Shown here in pieces: positions 8,626 through 22,100 of a DNA stretch of 60,676 nt. The notes under the pieces are model-generated. The model was not told the DNA's origin. It saw nothing but the letters and a program-made list of their open reading frames with translations, and ran no database searches. Where the stretch lies: the NCBI GenBank assembly GCA_012862495.1, contig BLSG01000329.1, positions 208,808-269,483 of the forward strand, given 5' to 3'. The position numbers were made by a program, and so were the translations under genes. Numbering within the stretch: the stretch's first letter is position 1; the number at the start of each line of letters is the position of its first letter. The stretch is from Thraustochytrium aureum (lineage: Eukaryota).

Positions 8626-11600
8626 ATGAAGCGCGGCCAGCTGCGCAAGCGAGCGAGGCGCGCAGAGGACGCGAGCCGCGACGTGGAGGGCGCCGGTGAG
8701 ACCCCGGAAGTCGAGCCCGCGGAGAGCGAGTCCGGTGAAAGTGCTAGTGACTCGGCTGCTGAGGCCGCGGAGGAGCTGCAGTCAGAGGAGGAGGAGGATG
8801 CTCACGAGCATGCCGAGGGCGTCACTCGCAAGACCGCATCCGACCCTAGGTTCGCGCTGCCGACCAAAGAAGAACAGGACCACCTGCGGCAAACCCGCAA
8901 TCTGTTCAAGNNNNNNNNNNNNNNNNNNNNNNNNNNNNNNNNNNNNNNNNNNNNNNNNNNNNNNNNNNNNNNNNNNNNNNNNNNNNNNNNNNNNNNNNNN
9001 NNNNNNNNNNNNNNNNNNNNNNNNNNNNNNNNNNNNNNNNNNNNNNNNNNNNNNNNNNNNNNNNNNNNNNNNNNNNNNNNNNNNNNNNNNNNNNNNNNNN
9101 NNNNNNNNNNNNNNNNNNNNNNNNNNNNNNNNNNNNNNAAGAACAGGACCACCTGCGGCAAACCCGCAATCTGTTCAAGTCCAACCTTCTGAAACTCGAG
9201 ATGGACGAACTCCTCAACCAAGTACGCGTGGACCCGGATCAGGCGACCCGGGAAAGCCTTCGAGGCGCTCTTGTGAGCATAAAGCGCTGCCTGGAAGGCG
9301 TCAAGCCTGTGGCGACGCTCAGCGCTGCGAGCGTAGGCGCGCAAGTCTCGGGGTGGGAAGGCCCAGCGGAGGCCGTTGAGCTGGAGGCGTTTGGGCCGCC
9401 CGAGCGCGTAGACGTGGTCGGCAGCTTTATGCTCGATACCATGACCAAGCCAGATCGCGTCATTGACATGGCCGTCACGATGCCAGCGGCCTGCTTCAAG
9501 CGCAAGGACTATCTGAACCGCCGCTACCACGACAAGCGGCTCATCTACCTCGGCGGCCTTGCCATGGCGCTCCAGGGCCTCGACGAGGTGGTACGGTCTG
9601 CAGAGCTGGTTGGTTTTGCCGGTGCGTCGGACAAGCCCGCGCTGCAGCTACGCCTTGTTGGCGCACGAGGGTCTCTGCTCTCAAAGTTTGCAGTCCGCAT
9701 TCTCCCAGTGCTCGCAGAGGATGTGTTCCCTCCGGGGCGCTTCCACCCAATGCAGAACAATGTTCGCGCCCTTTCTCACTTTGGCGCCAACGATGCGAGC
9801 CCAGACGCCGAGTCGTTTGGGACTCCGCGCTACAACATGAGCATTTTGGAGGACATGCCCTCGAGCTCGTTCAGAAGCCAGCTCGCTGTGCTCCATGCAG
9901 TCAAAGAGGCGTGCCCTTCTTTTGCGCCGACGACCGTTCTTCTCAAGGTGTGGGCTCGCGTCCGTGGCCTTGACAAGGCGCGGTCGCCTGACGCCTTTCA
10001 CGGCGGGCTACTCTGCATCTTGCTCGCTCATCTCGTCCTAGATCGCCGGGTCAACCCCAACATGAGCGTGCAACAGATGTTCCGAAGCTTTTTGGGCTTC
10101 CTCGCGGAACTCCCGGATCGGGCAGTCTTGCGGATGCGCCCGACGTTCAACGCGGAGCCAGGTACGTTTCTTGCCTCTTCGTCGAGCGCTTTTGCTCGGG
10201 CCGCCGGTTGTTGCGGCCACGTAGTCCCACCTCCTGTTTGCTCGCTTGCTCGCCGTTGCAGGCAAAGGACGACCATCGTTCATCCGCCAAGACTTGGCCA
10301 TGGTTGTTGCGAAATCAACGAAAATCGAAATCTCTGATGCAAAATGCACGGCGCGAATGCCTCGGGCAGGGCGGGAAGGGTTCGGCGCATACCTCGCTGC
10401 TCAGATTGCTAACGAACGGTCTCGCTCGCTCACTCACTCACTCGCGCCAGCCGTTCACGACGGGTTTGGTGACGAGGACTTGCTCAAGTCTTTCGAAGCG
10501 GTGCTCGTGGGTCCGTGCGGGCGCCTGAACCTTGCCTGGCGCGTTTCGAAGGCAGAGCTCGCAACGCTCAAGACAGAGGCAGCAAAGTCGCACGCTCTGC
10601 TGGAGAGCTCGGGCAAAAAGCGAGACGGCGGCCGCGATCTGTTCGGGGCACTCTTTACGACCAAAGCCGACCTCTGGCAACAGTTCGACAAGTACTTTGC
10701 AGTCCGCGTCCCGCGCGTAATGCCGAGCGCTGCGAGCCCGGTACCCAGCGGCTGTGCCGAAATGGTTTGTGATATGGGCTGGNNNNNNNNNNNNNNNNNN
10801 NNNNNNNNNNNNNNNNNNNNNNNNNNNNNNNNNNNNNNNNNNNNNNNNNNNNNNNNNNNNNNNNNNNNNNNNNNNNNNNNNNNNNNNNNNNNNNNNNNNN
10901 NNNNNNNNNNNNNNNNNNNNNNNNNNNNNNNNNNNNNNNNNNNNNNNNNNNNNNNNNNNNNNNNNNNNNTGGTTTGTGATATGGGCTGGGACATGTTTAC
11001 CCGCCGCCGCACCGAGCAGGTCTTCGAGCGCGCCTTTGTGGAAACAAAGCGAGCAACCACGCTTCGCGTTATTGCCAGCGGCGAAAGTGCCCTATCCATA
11101 CCGCAGTTCGTCTCGCCCGCGTCCAAAAAGGGCGGCTCAAAGAAGAAGGGCGCATCGGACACGGGCGCGGACGTTGTCTTCCTGGTGTGTCTGAGGCTGG
11201 ACCTGGTCAACGCGTTCCGCCTGATCGACAAGGGACCAAGCGCAGAGGACGCCAAAGCCGCCGCTACATTTCGCGCGTTTTGGGGTGCAGAAAAGGCCGA
11301 GCTGCGACGATTCCAGGACGGAAGTATTCTTGAAACGCTGGACTGGACCACGTCCGCGCAGACCGGCACGCTTGACGTGTGCGAGGCCATTGCAGAGCAC
11401 ATTCTTGTTCTGCACTGGCCGTTTGTCGCCAAAGCGAAAGGCGCCGCGAGGGTCAGCGTAGGAAAGGAGCTCGACGACGCGCTCCGCGTGCTTGATCTCG
11501 AACAAGCACGCCGCACGTTGCAGCCCGCAGCGGAAGACGGTGGCTTTCGCGATGTAATGGTTGTCTTTGACGGCCTGGTCTCCAGGTTGCGAAAGCTCGA

Positions 11601-13203
11601 CTTGCCCCTCACGATAACCAACGTGGTGGCCAACTCGGCGGCCCTCCGGTACGCATCGGCTGTGCAGCCGGCAGTTCACCCGTTTGCCTTTGGGCGTCGC
11701 GACAGCAAGCGCAACGCGGCGCTTCGGAGTGTGCAGCAGCGACAATCTAGCGGCGAGCCATCGACGAAGAGGCGCAAGGGCGACAGCGTGCGCGTATCGC
11801 GAGCCGTTGAGGCCATCGAGGCTGTGGTGCAAGTTGAATCCTCGGGCCAGTGGCCAGACGACCTCGACGCAATTTCCGCCATGAAGACGGCGTTTTACGT
11901 GCAGATTTGCGAGCGCCTCGAACGCGAGGCCCCCGGGATGCAGCGCTGCATCCCAGCCAGGTCGTGCGTCGAAATTCTCGTTTCTGGCTTTGCATTTCGG
12001 CTCACCTTGAGGCTTGACAAAGAACTCAGCCTCATGCGGTCGCCGCGGATGGCCTTCCTCGGCTCTGTTTCCCGAGCCGCAGCGCGCAAACTGCAGGAGA
12101 AGGCCTCTCTGCCGACAGAGAGTGACGAAAAGAGCAGTGCGGCGATCCTGGCTGAGCGCGCTGCGCATGTGGAGCGCAGCCTCATCCGCAAGCCTCTCCT
12201 GCACATGCACCTGCACGCCGTCCATACGTCTGGAGAAAGCACAGGCGGAGCGCGCGTCATGAGCCCCGTGGTGCGCCTCGCAAAGCTTTGGGTCAGCGGG
12301 CACTGCCTCTGGCCGCACATTTGCGAGGAGGCGATCGAGCTGCTTGTGGCTACGGTGTTTCTCCATCCTCAACCGCTTGAAGCCCCGCGTTCCGCCGCGA
12401 GCGGGTTCATGCGCTTCTTGGCCCTTCTGGCCACGTGGGATTGGGAGAATGAGCCGCTTCTGGTTGGCGTAGGTGACGGCTTTGCTGCGGAAGCCAGGAG
12501 CTCGGTCCTCAAGGCCTTCATGGACAGCCGCGACCGCGCCTCCGGCCCGCACATGTACATTGTGACCCCCGACGATGCCTCGTCTGGCTGGAAGCCGTAC
12601 TGGACAAGCCGCTCGCAGCCCGCTGCGGCTGCGCTAGACAGGATGCAAACGCTGGCACGTGACTCGCTCCGACTCTTGGAAAGCCTTCTCGCCATGCAGG
12701 CTGCCGGCAGCTACGACGGGCGCACCATGGGCGGCCTCTGGACTGCCGCTTTTCAGTCGGCCGCCGATGACGGGTTTTTCGACTTTGTTTTGCGCTTGCA
12801 CCCGCGACGCGTGCTGCACGAGGCAAACCTATCAAGCTCTAGTGACGCCAAGGTGTACAAAAACCTTGCCGTGGAGGAAAAGGTCTATGTCGGCGCCAAC
12901 CCGGTGGAATCGTACGCAGCTGACCTCGAGCAGGCTTTCGGGCACGTCTTTCAGGTGTACGTGGACCCGTTCAGGGGAACCGAAGTGGGGCTGCGCTGGC
13001 AAGACGGCGTCAAGGCTCCTGCACCAGCTCGAGTTGCTGTTGTTGGCGGCTCGATGCCGTTCGAGAATCACGAGCCTAGCAAGGGCAAGTCTGGGGCATT
13101 CTCTGTTGTCCCGAACGTGGCGGAGATCCTGGCCGACGTCGTGGATCTTGGCTTCGGCATGGTGACATCAGTATCACACAGTCCCAGCGCCCTATCCTTG
13201 TGA
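8626..13203 (+). CDS. NOL6: Nucleolar protein 6 / U3 snoRNP protein Utp22 (Nrap family)
   Basis: Motifs NLFKSNLLKLEMDELL, VVGSF, IDMAVTMP, KDYLNRRYHDKRLIYL, TPRYNMSILED, LLKVW, DKGP, FRAFWG.EKAELRRFQDGSILE, ESSGQWPDDLDAI, EEAIELLVA. Probable intron starts at 10162 (GTACGT) with an acceptor at 10261 or 10450, both frame-compatible. Two N-gaps are flanked by duplicated sequence. Confidence 0.95.
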
Positions 13204-13305
13204 GAAATTGCCGTGAGGCTGCGCCTCGCCTGTCTGCCTGTCTGTCTGGCGAAGGTTGTACTCGTCAGAAAATGAAAAGAAAACGGTTGGCCTGTTAGGA
13301 GTGTT

Positions 13306-16300
13306 TTACACGGCCTCGTAGCCGGCCCCGCCAGCCGCGGAAGTAGCTGTAGTTGCTGGGGCAGAAGCAAAGCGGGTCATTGGTGCAGAGCCCCGCCGAC
13401 GCCCGAGAAAGCGCTTCGAGGCATGCCTCGCCCGTCCGAGGGGGTCAAAGACCTTGCTTACGTTCTTCGTCAGATCTTCATCGGCGACAAAGTGGGCCTT
13501 CACCTGCGACGAAGCGCGGCGAAACTGGTTGAAGGCGATCGGGGCCAGGTAGTCCAGCAAGGACACGAGGAAGACCGTCGAGATGAGCTGGTTCCAGTAA
13601 TAGCGGCCGAGCTCCTCCGAGAACACGCTCACCCCCGTGCTCAGTGCGACAGCTACAAATACAACCAAGACCACACCGACCACATTCAAAACGAGGGCGC
13701 CCAAGAGCCACCAAGTGAAGCTGGCTGCCACGCGGGCCTGGCGTACCGTGAGCACCACCGTGATGACCACGAAAAGGCTGCCAGAGAGCACGTCGAACGA
13801 AGCATCGTAGTCGTTCCAAAACACCAGCAGGAAAGCCAGCGCGCCGTGAGCCAGCCCGCGCAGGATCTGGGCGTCCACAAATGCCGGGTGGAGGATCCTG
13901 TTCAGTCGCCCAACGTCATAGCTCCTTGGCTCCTTGAGGACGTCGTACACGTGATAAAAGTCGCGATCCAGACCGCCGATAACGAACACGGGAATGGCGA
14001 TAAAGGCTTGAAAGACCACGTACTGGAGGTTGGTGAATGCCGGCGTTCCGCTGAAGCCGCAGACGAAGTTGTAATAGAAGCTCACGAATGTGAACAACAG
14101 GTTGCCATAAAAGACAATGCTGATCGCTTTCGCAATTCGGATATAGCCGAGGCGGCCGTGCACGAGCAAAAGCGGCGCGAGAAACTTGAACTGCGCAATG
14201 TTGAAGTCGGCCGCATTCACCGCGTGCGTGCCCTCCTTGCCAGAAATGCCCACGCCAACGTGGCCGACCTCGATCATTGGCACATCGTTCGCTCCGTCCC
14301 CGATTGCGAGCGTGATGGGCTCGGGCGCAACATTGTCCCGAACGAGCTGCACCAACTGCGCCTTTTGCCCAGGCGAGGCACGGCAGGCGATGACTACGCT
14401 ACACATCCGCCCGAGTTTCAGGAACGCAGCTTCGAGCGCTTCATCCTTCTCCTTCGCGATGATGTGGTGCAGCACTTCGCCGTCGACGACAAGAGCCAAG
14501 TTTGGGTCCGCGACGACTTGCTCATGCCTGAGGCGGCGCTTGCACATGCTGGCAAATTGAATCAAGCTGGAGCAGAACCCCTTCCGCTCCTTGTCCTCCT
14601 CTGCCTCGCATAATTTGCCGCTGACATCGTACTCGACGATTTTTGCTTCAATGAGCGTCCTGAGGCGCACCTGCAGCGCTGTGCTTGAAGTCGTTGCGGC
14701 GCCTGCTTCGATCGGAGGGCTAGCCGTCACTCCGTCGCTCGCGGCATCAGGCTGACCAGGCACATCGTCAGCAGGGGGCCTTGAAAGCGCGCGTTCTGAG
14801 GCGGTGGCCCGCACGGCAAGCTCCGGCGCTGAGCTAAAGCCCGTCGCCTTAGTGCGGAAGGTCTCGCGCNNNNNNNNNNNNNNNNNNNNNNNNNNNNNNN
14901 NNNNNNNNNNNNNNNNNNNNNNNNNNNNNNNNNNNNNNNNNNNNNNNNNNNNNNNNNNNNNNNNNNNNNNNNNNNNNNNNNNNNNNNNNNNNNNNNNNNN
15001 NNNNNNNNNNNNNNNNNNNNNNNNNNNNNNNNNNNNNNNNNNNNNNNNNNNNNNNNNNNNNNNNNNNNNNNNNNNNNNNNNNNNNNNNNNNNNNNNNNNN
15101 NNNNNNNNNNNNNNNNNNNNNNNNNNNNNNNNNNNNNNNNNNNNNNNNNNNNNNNNNNNNNNNNNNNNNNNNNNNNNNNNNNNNNNNNNNNNNNNNNNNN
15201 NNNNNNNNNNNNNNNNNNNNNNNNNNNNNNNNNNNNNNNNNNNNNNNNNNNNNNNNNNNNNNNNNNNNNNNNNNNNNNNNNNNNNNNNNNNNNNNNNNNN
15301 NNNNNNNNNNNNNNNNNNNNNNNNNNNNNNNNNNNNNNNNNNNNNNNNNNNNNNNNNNNNNNNNNNNNNNNNNNNNNNNNNNNNNNNNNNNNNNNNNNNN
15401 NNNNNNNNNNNNNNNNNNNNNNNNNNNNNNNNNNNNNNNNNNNNNNNNNNNNNNNNNNNNNNNNNNNNNNNNNNNNNNNNNNNNNNNNNNNNNNNNNNNN
15501 NNNNNNNNNNNNNNNNNNNNNNNNNNNNNNNNNNNNNNNNNNNNNNNNNNNNNNNNNNNNNNNNNNNNNNNNNNNNNNNNNNNNNNNNNNNNNNNNNNNN
15601 NNNNNNNNNNNNNNNNNNNNNNNNNNNNNNNNNNNNNNNNNNNNNNNNNNNNNNNNNNNNNNNNNNNNNNNNNNNNNNNNNNNNNNNNNNNNNNNNNNNN
15701 NNNNNNNNNNNNNNNNNNNNNNNNNNNNNNNNNNNNNNNNNNNNNNNNNNNNNNNNNNNNNNNNNNNNNNNNNNNNNNNNNNNNNNNNNNNNNNNNNNNN
15801 NNNNNNNNNNNNNNNNNNNNNNNNNNNNNNNNNNNNNNNNNNNNNNNNNNNNNNNNNNGTCGAGGCAACAGGCGGGAGATCCAAGCTCGCCAGGTCTTCC
15901 AGAGCCTTGTTCGTTGCGCGCCCATAGATTCTCCCGTCGACCGAGCAGGCGACCAGGCGCATTTCGTTCCGCGTCAGAGTCCCCGTCTTGTCAGAAAAGA
16001 CCCACTTGACTTGGCCAATCTCCTGGGCCAACTGGGTGGTGTTGCAGCTAGCGAACTGGTTTGAGGCAGCGTCGAACATGTTGAGGTCCCACGAGATAAA
16101 CTTGGCCTGGATCACGTTCATGCCCTCTTGCACGGCATAGAGGAGGATGGGGAGGATCTGGCGGTACAGGATGAGGTACGTCAGGAGGAGGGCCAGAGAG
16201 GAGGGCAAAATATACCCCGTGGATTCACTGGTGTACATCATGTACCACAGCGACGACGAAGGCTCGTACGCAAAATTCACCAGACACACGGACACGATGA

Positions 16301-17258
16301 GAAGGATGACGAGCATGATGAGGACCGTAACGATGACCTGGTTGGCCATTTTGTCCACCTTGGATTGCTTAATCTGCGTGCTCCCCTGGGACATGAGCGT
16401 CTTCGTATCCTTGCCGGTGTGCAGCACGAGCGCCCAAATCCACGTCGTGTTGCGCAGCTGCGAACCCCGGAGGACAATGTGGTCGCTGGAAAACCAAAGC
16501 TCGCCCTCCTCTGCGCCTTGCGCATCTCCGTTGCCCCCTTGGTCCGCCTTTTCGGCGCAGCGGAGCATCACGGTGCGGAACGAGGAGAGCGCCGGAGTCG
16601 GGGCCTCGCAGTAAACGGTGCGACTTTTGAGCCAGTTGAAGGTCTTGACCACATCTGTGCATTTCAACAACACCTCGGGGTTGCAATAACGCTTTTTCAG
16701 GTACGTCTCACCGTCCACGTTGGCAGTCTGGACGTAGCAGACCGGTTCCGCGTCAGTGTCGCTTGTGCTGATGAGCAGAACGTCAGCGGGGACAATCTGA
16801 TCCTTTAAGACCCGCACAAGGTCGCCCCGACGGACGGCGCCCCACGTGGTCGCCTCGAACGCCAGCGAGTCTGGGGAGAGCACGTAGGTCTCCTCGCTAT
16901 TGGTCGCTGCGTCCTTGCGGCGCCGCGCGTTGTCGTCTAGTCCCTCGTTGAGCATGTTCAGCCCGAAAATGATGATGAGGATGAATAGGTTTCCCCACGG
17001 CTTTTGAGGCGAGTTGAACAGGTTGGTGTACGTCCCGAGCAGCATGATGAAGACGATGAAGGTAAAGTAGATGTTGCCGACGCGTCTGTACTGGAGCAGG
17101 AATGACCGAGGGAAGAAACTCAGACGCGTGTACTTTGTTGTTGACACGACGTTGCTCCCGCGGTTGTCGCCAGCCTGCAGCGGATCAACGCGAGTCCATC
17201 CCTCGAACCGTGACTCGCACGCATCCTCGCGGCTCGCCTGCTCTCCTTCCTCTGGCAT
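13306..17258 (-). CDS. P4-type ATPase (phospholipid flippase), interrupted by N-gap 14870-15858
   Basis: NVVSTTKYT, VQTANVDGETYLK, LRGSQLRNTTW, FSDKTGTLTRNEM (phosphorylated Asp), CRASPGQKAQLV, AIGDGANDVPMI, GVGISGKEG, LLLVHGR, and ten TM segments. Confidence 0.93.
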
Positions 17259-17660
17259 CGCGGCCCCCGTGCTCGCCACGAAGCAAAGCTTCAGCGCTGC
17301 GAGTGCTCCGGTCTCTTCGACTTCGTACAGCTCGTCGGGCGCTCTGATTGTCGAACAGCCTCGAGCGAGCCAAAAGCTCTGACCCGCGGCCCCGGACCCG
17401 AGCAGGCCGCTGTCCTCCGTGCCTCGCGCTGCGGGGGTGGCGCCACGGCGTTAGCCTCGAGACCAAAGGAGCTCTGTCTGCCTCGGCGGATCGGCTCGAG
17501 AGGACAGGGTTTGACGAGAGATGCAACGTCGCAACGGCGAAAACACCGAAGAACAAAACGAGCTCCAGAGAGCACCACAGCCAGAGCGTTGTTCCTTCAA
17601 TTTTGTTTGCCTCTACTCGTGGCGTTGGCAGCGGCTGAGCTGGACCCCGTACCAATCAGC

Positions 17661-18564
17661 TTAGCGGCGCTGGCGCAGACTGCGCTGCACAAACACCTCG
17701 TACTCCTTTTCAATCTTGCGCTCCTTGAGCCGCCTAGCGAGAGCAAGCTCTTTGTCAAGCAGTCGCATCGTGGCTTTGACGCTGGTCTGCGACTCGTCGT
17801 CCTGATGGCGGCTAAGGTCGTCCTTTTGGCTCTCAATACCGCTGATGAGCAGCTGCTTGAGCTCTGACGCCTCCACAGACAGCAAGGCGGCTTGGATGGG
17901 CGGCCTGGCGGTGGGCTGTCAGGTACGGAGTCCTCTCCCAATCGAGCGAGCACCGGCCCGCGAATCAACTTACCGTCCGCTGGATTTGTCCCGCTTGTCC
18001 TGGATGTTTCCGAGCGTGTCGTTCTTAACCCCCACGTAAAGGCCCTTGAACCCGCACGTTATGTATCCCTGTGCAAATAGAGGCACGCATGTCAGCCCCA
18101 CAAAACCCAACCTTGCAGGATTGCCAGCGCCAGAGAATCGAGCCACAACCTACCTCCCCGGGCTCCATCACACAGTCTTGCGAGGGCCATGCTGGCAAGC
18201 AATATTGCCAACGGCGCAAGATCTGCTCTACAAGCTCGTGCTTCGGTGTCGCTGGGCCGCTCGACTTCTCCGAAGAGGCTGCGACAGATGTGCTAGCCGA
18301 CTTTGACTTTTTCCGAGCGCGGTCCTCGTCGTCCGCGCGCACGCGCTTCTTCGACGTTGGCGACTGGGCGCTCGACGAAGCCTTCTTCTTTTTTTCTTTC
18401 TTGTCCTTGGCGCCTTTGGTTTTTTTCTTCGCGCCGCTCTTGCTTTTGAACTTGGACAGCATGTCTGCCAGCGTCAGGTTGTTGTCGCTGTCGCTGTCAT
18501 GGTCGACCTTCTTCTTTCGTTGCTGCAGCTGCGCGAGCGAGAGGTCGTCGTCCGAGTCGCTCAT
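17661..18564 (-). CDS. Uncharacterised 3-exon protein with Lys/Asp/Ser-rich N-terminus (exons 18564-18154, 18068-17974, 17904-17661)
   Basis: Introns GTAGGT...GCTGAC...CAG and GTAAGT...CTGAC...CAG. The spliced product reads ILRRWQYCLPAWP...GYITCGFKGLYVG(V)KNDTLGNIQDKR...RPPIQAALLSVEASELKQLL. It needs one extra G in the G-run near 18030. Confidence 0.7.
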
Positions 18565-18685
18565 TGCTGCTGAGCGCGCGCGAGAGCCTCAGAGTGCCCT
18601 AACGACCTGGCGCCGTTGCTTGCGCGAGATGCGCGCCTGCTCCTTGGCCGCTCGCGCTGCGTGTGCAACCAGAGCGCGATCCCCC

Positions 18686-18735
18686 CCTCCCTTCCTTCCT
18701 TCCTTCCTCCCTTCCTTCCTCCCTTCCTTCCTTCC
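18686..18735. repeat. Pyrimidine-rich (CCTT/CCTC) microsatellite
   Basis: ccctcccttccttccttccttcctcccttccttcctcccttccttccttcc. Confidence 0.85.
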
Positions 18736-19130
18736 ACCGCCCGCGCTCGCGCTCGCTGACTGTTGCTCGCACTCAAACCCAACCGTCGAACCTAACCCGC
18801 AGCTCTGCCCTAACCTGAGGAACGGAAACGCACACGCACGCACGCACNNNNNNNNNNNNNNNNNNNNNNNNNNNNNNNNNNNNNNNNNNNNNNNNNNNNN
18901 NNNNNNNNNNNNNNNNNNNNNNNNNNNNNNNNNNNNNNNNNNNNNNNNNNNNNNNNNNNNNNNNNNNNNNNNNNNNNNNNNNNNNNNNNNNNNNNNNNNN
19001 NNNNNNNNNNNNNNNNNNNNNNNNNNNNNNNNNNNNNNNNNNNNNNNNNNNNNNNNNNNNNNNNNNNNNNNNNNNNNNNNNNNNNNNNNNNNNNNNNNNN
19101 NNNNNNNNNNNNNNNNNNNNNNNNNNNNNN

Positions 19131-22100
19131 GCCCGCCACCGCAGCCGGCAGCAAGCCAGCGAGGAGCCGCGACGGGGGCGGCAAGAGCACCCGCTCAGCG
19201 GAACCGCCAACCTGGGCGCAGAGGGCGCTCACCCCTGCCGCGCACAAGCCCAGACAAGCAGGCGCCCGCAAACCCCGTCGGTGGTGCAAAACCCACCCCG
19301 GCAGCGAAGACAAACGGGGACTCGGAACCTCGTCGAGATGCCGCGTTTTCCAGCGCGAAACAGCCAACTAGGGCAGCAACTTCGGCCACGGGCGCGGCCA
19401 AAACACCGCGCAGCGGCCCTCCAGCGCAACGGGAAAGGTCGTCGTCGACGTCTTCGTCTAGCTCGAGCTCGTCCTCATCCACCTCCTCGTCGTCGAGCAG
19501 CTCGGACTCCGCGAGTAGCGGAGTGCTTTCACTGTCGTCGATATCGAGCGACGCCTTGAGCTCCGGCTCCACCTCCTCCAGCAGCAGCGCGCAGGGCAAG
19601 TCAGAAGGCAGCGCGTGGCTTGGCGGATGGAGTGGTGCACTCGGGAACAGAAAGTGGGCGAAAACAGTCGCTTTCGTGTCGCAGTGGACCTGGCACCTGC
19701 TCCCCCTCGTGTTTTTCATCGCGTGGGCGCTGCGCACTGCGCTTAGGCCTCGCTCGCCGCTCCCGGGCGTAGATCGCAAAGACATTGTGGGATACGCCGA
19801 CGGCGGGGCCACCGTGCTGCTTCGAAACCATACAGCGATCCTTGCGAATGGGACTGCCCGGTTCTACAACGGGACAATACGCTTCCCAAACATGACTCTG
19901 GTGCACTGCAAAGAGGTGCGGTATGAAGACCTGGCTGAGTGCAGCGCTTCTAGAGTCTCGCGCGACTCGAGGTACGCTTTGGAAGCGTACCTGGGCCAGC
20001 GTCCTGGATTAGTATCAGAAGCGGCGGTCGCAGACGTTGACGAGGGCGCCGACGGCCCGGCAGCCTTTTGCGGGTTCGTTTCCGACACCAACTTTGCCAC
20101 TTGGAGCGGCATGTCTGCATCTGGCGCGCCAGTTTTCTTTCCTGAGACCGACGAGGAGGTGGCGGACTTGGTTCGGCGCGTTGGCGACGCCGGGTGTAAG
20201 GTGCGCCCTGTTGGGGCTGGGCACAGCGAAAGCGGGATCGCGATTGCAGCTCTTGACGACATGTCTGTTGGTTTGTCGTTGGCCCGTTACCGTGCCGCGG
20301 CCGAGTCTGGCTGGAGCATTGACAGTTTTGCGCCCAATCCGAACAACGAGACGCACCCACTTGACGCCGCCGCCGGCCGCCTTCGCATAGAGGGCGGGCA
20401 TACGCTTCTCCGCCTGAACAGCGTCGCGCGACCTGTTGGCTGGTTTCTTCCGACAACACCTGCGAATTGGGCAACCACCGTCGGCGCAGCTGTCACGAGC
20501 ATGGTCTCCGGCTCCGGCTTCGGGAAAACCTTCCTCAGTGCATACGTATCTCGCCTTCGCGTCGTACTGGGAAGTGGCCGCATCGTTGAGATATCTGAGC
20601 CTCTGGAGCTGGCCATGTGGCGCAACAGTATGGGGCTTCTTGGCATCGTGTTGGGCGCTGAGTTTGCGCTGGAGAAGCGCGAGTTTTTCTCAATGGGGAC
20701 ACGGCGCACGGTCTTGCACCAGTGGAATCCGTGGTATCTCGACGCGGTTCTCGCACAGCTCCTTCCTGGAGCTGACGGCGCGGAGTTCATGTTCGATCCG
20801 TGGACGGACGAGCTGGCTGGCGTCGGCTATGTCGTTGCGGACCCGGGCTCGCGTCAGTCGATGTTTGGCCGCCTAGCCAGCGCAACCGGTCGTGGGCCCG
20901 GTGGGGGCCCTGCCCGGTTCGTGTCGGACGACGAGTGCACCTTCGACGTCCAGAAACTTGGTTGCGCATTCCCGGCCTTCTGCGAGTACCGGTTCCGATT
21001 CGGGGACTACCTCCCAGCTCAGTCATGCCGGCTCCGACGGCGACCGAATCCAGACAGAGCCAGCATCGAGCACACTTACGAGCAGCTCGGGCCCCTGATG
21101 ACCGAGGCAGCCGAGCGCGGCCTTCCTGCTCCGGAAGAAGGGTCGGTCCAGCACTGGTGGGACGCCGCATTGCAGCGCAGACGCCAGATGCATTACAGCG
21201 GACAGCGCGGGGGCGTCGACCTGGGCAAAGACGAAACCGTTGGCTGGACAGCCAACCTCGCCGCGGCTGTTGACGAAGCTCGCGAGCGACTAAACGACGG
21301 GTTCTGGGTGATCGGGTCAGCGAAGTCTGTCGCGCTTTGCTATATGTTTCCTGTGGAGCACACGTTCAAGGCGCTCGATGTGCTCCGCACTTTGATCCGG
21401 GACCTCGTAATCCGGAATGCTCCATTCCAGTTCCGCGACGCCCCGGTCCATGTCACTTTCGTTCGCCTCGAAAAATCTCAGGTGCTTCAACCAAAGGGCG
21501 TGCACGAGGGCGACGTTGTTAGGATCGAGGTCCGAGTCAACACTCCGCCTCCGCGAACTGGCGCGGCCTCAGACGGTGCTCAAGCCGCCTCGAGCGCCTG
21601 GAGGTTTGCGCTTGCCGAGTTGGAGCGGCGCTGGCAGGACGCGTTTGAAGGTGTGCCCATATTTCCGCACTTGGGCGGTGTCCACGGGCTGCACCAGTTC
21701 CGCGCGAGCAATAGCTCCAAGTCCGACTGGGCGCGGGCCCAATACCGCCGCATCCGCCGAGTTCATCGAGCTTTTGAGCGGCTCAAGGCGCACTTCGGAG
21801 TCGCAGTTTTCCGCAAACAAGGAACGCCGCGGGTTTGGGCTATTCGCGCAAGCACCGCCATCCTATGAGGAGCAATTTGGTGTGGAGGACCCGTCCAAAG
21901 AGATGCTTGCTGAGATTCAGGAGGAACTAGCTGCGGCTTCCTCCGAGGAAGAGTATGCCAGGCTGAAAGAGATGCATGACGCTGCCGCTGCTGAGGTTGA
22001 AAATGAGCCGGACTTTTTCGGCGACCTCGAGCATGAGCTCGTGCGAGAGGCCTACCGTACTCCACCGGAAGGGTTGCATCCGGAAGAGGGTCGCAAAGAT

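Noticed and set aside
8870..9179. 41-bp direct repeat flanking an N-gap (a similar 20-bp one at 10763-10989), resembling insertion target duplications
   Set aside because: Collapsing the overlaps restores continuous NOL6 coding sequence, so these are unmerged contig ends.
11137..14613. Long antisense ORFs (11137..12552, 13423..14613; also 52327..53430)
   Set aside because: They are shadows of GC3-rich sense genes and have no domain features.
14804..16009. ORFs made mostly of X across N-gaps
   Set aside because: Artefacts of translating N runs.
18071..18847. N-terminal 260 aa of the 1265-aa ORF
   Set aside because: It is the antisense of the neighbouring gene plus a microsatellite, joined to the oxidase only through the gap.
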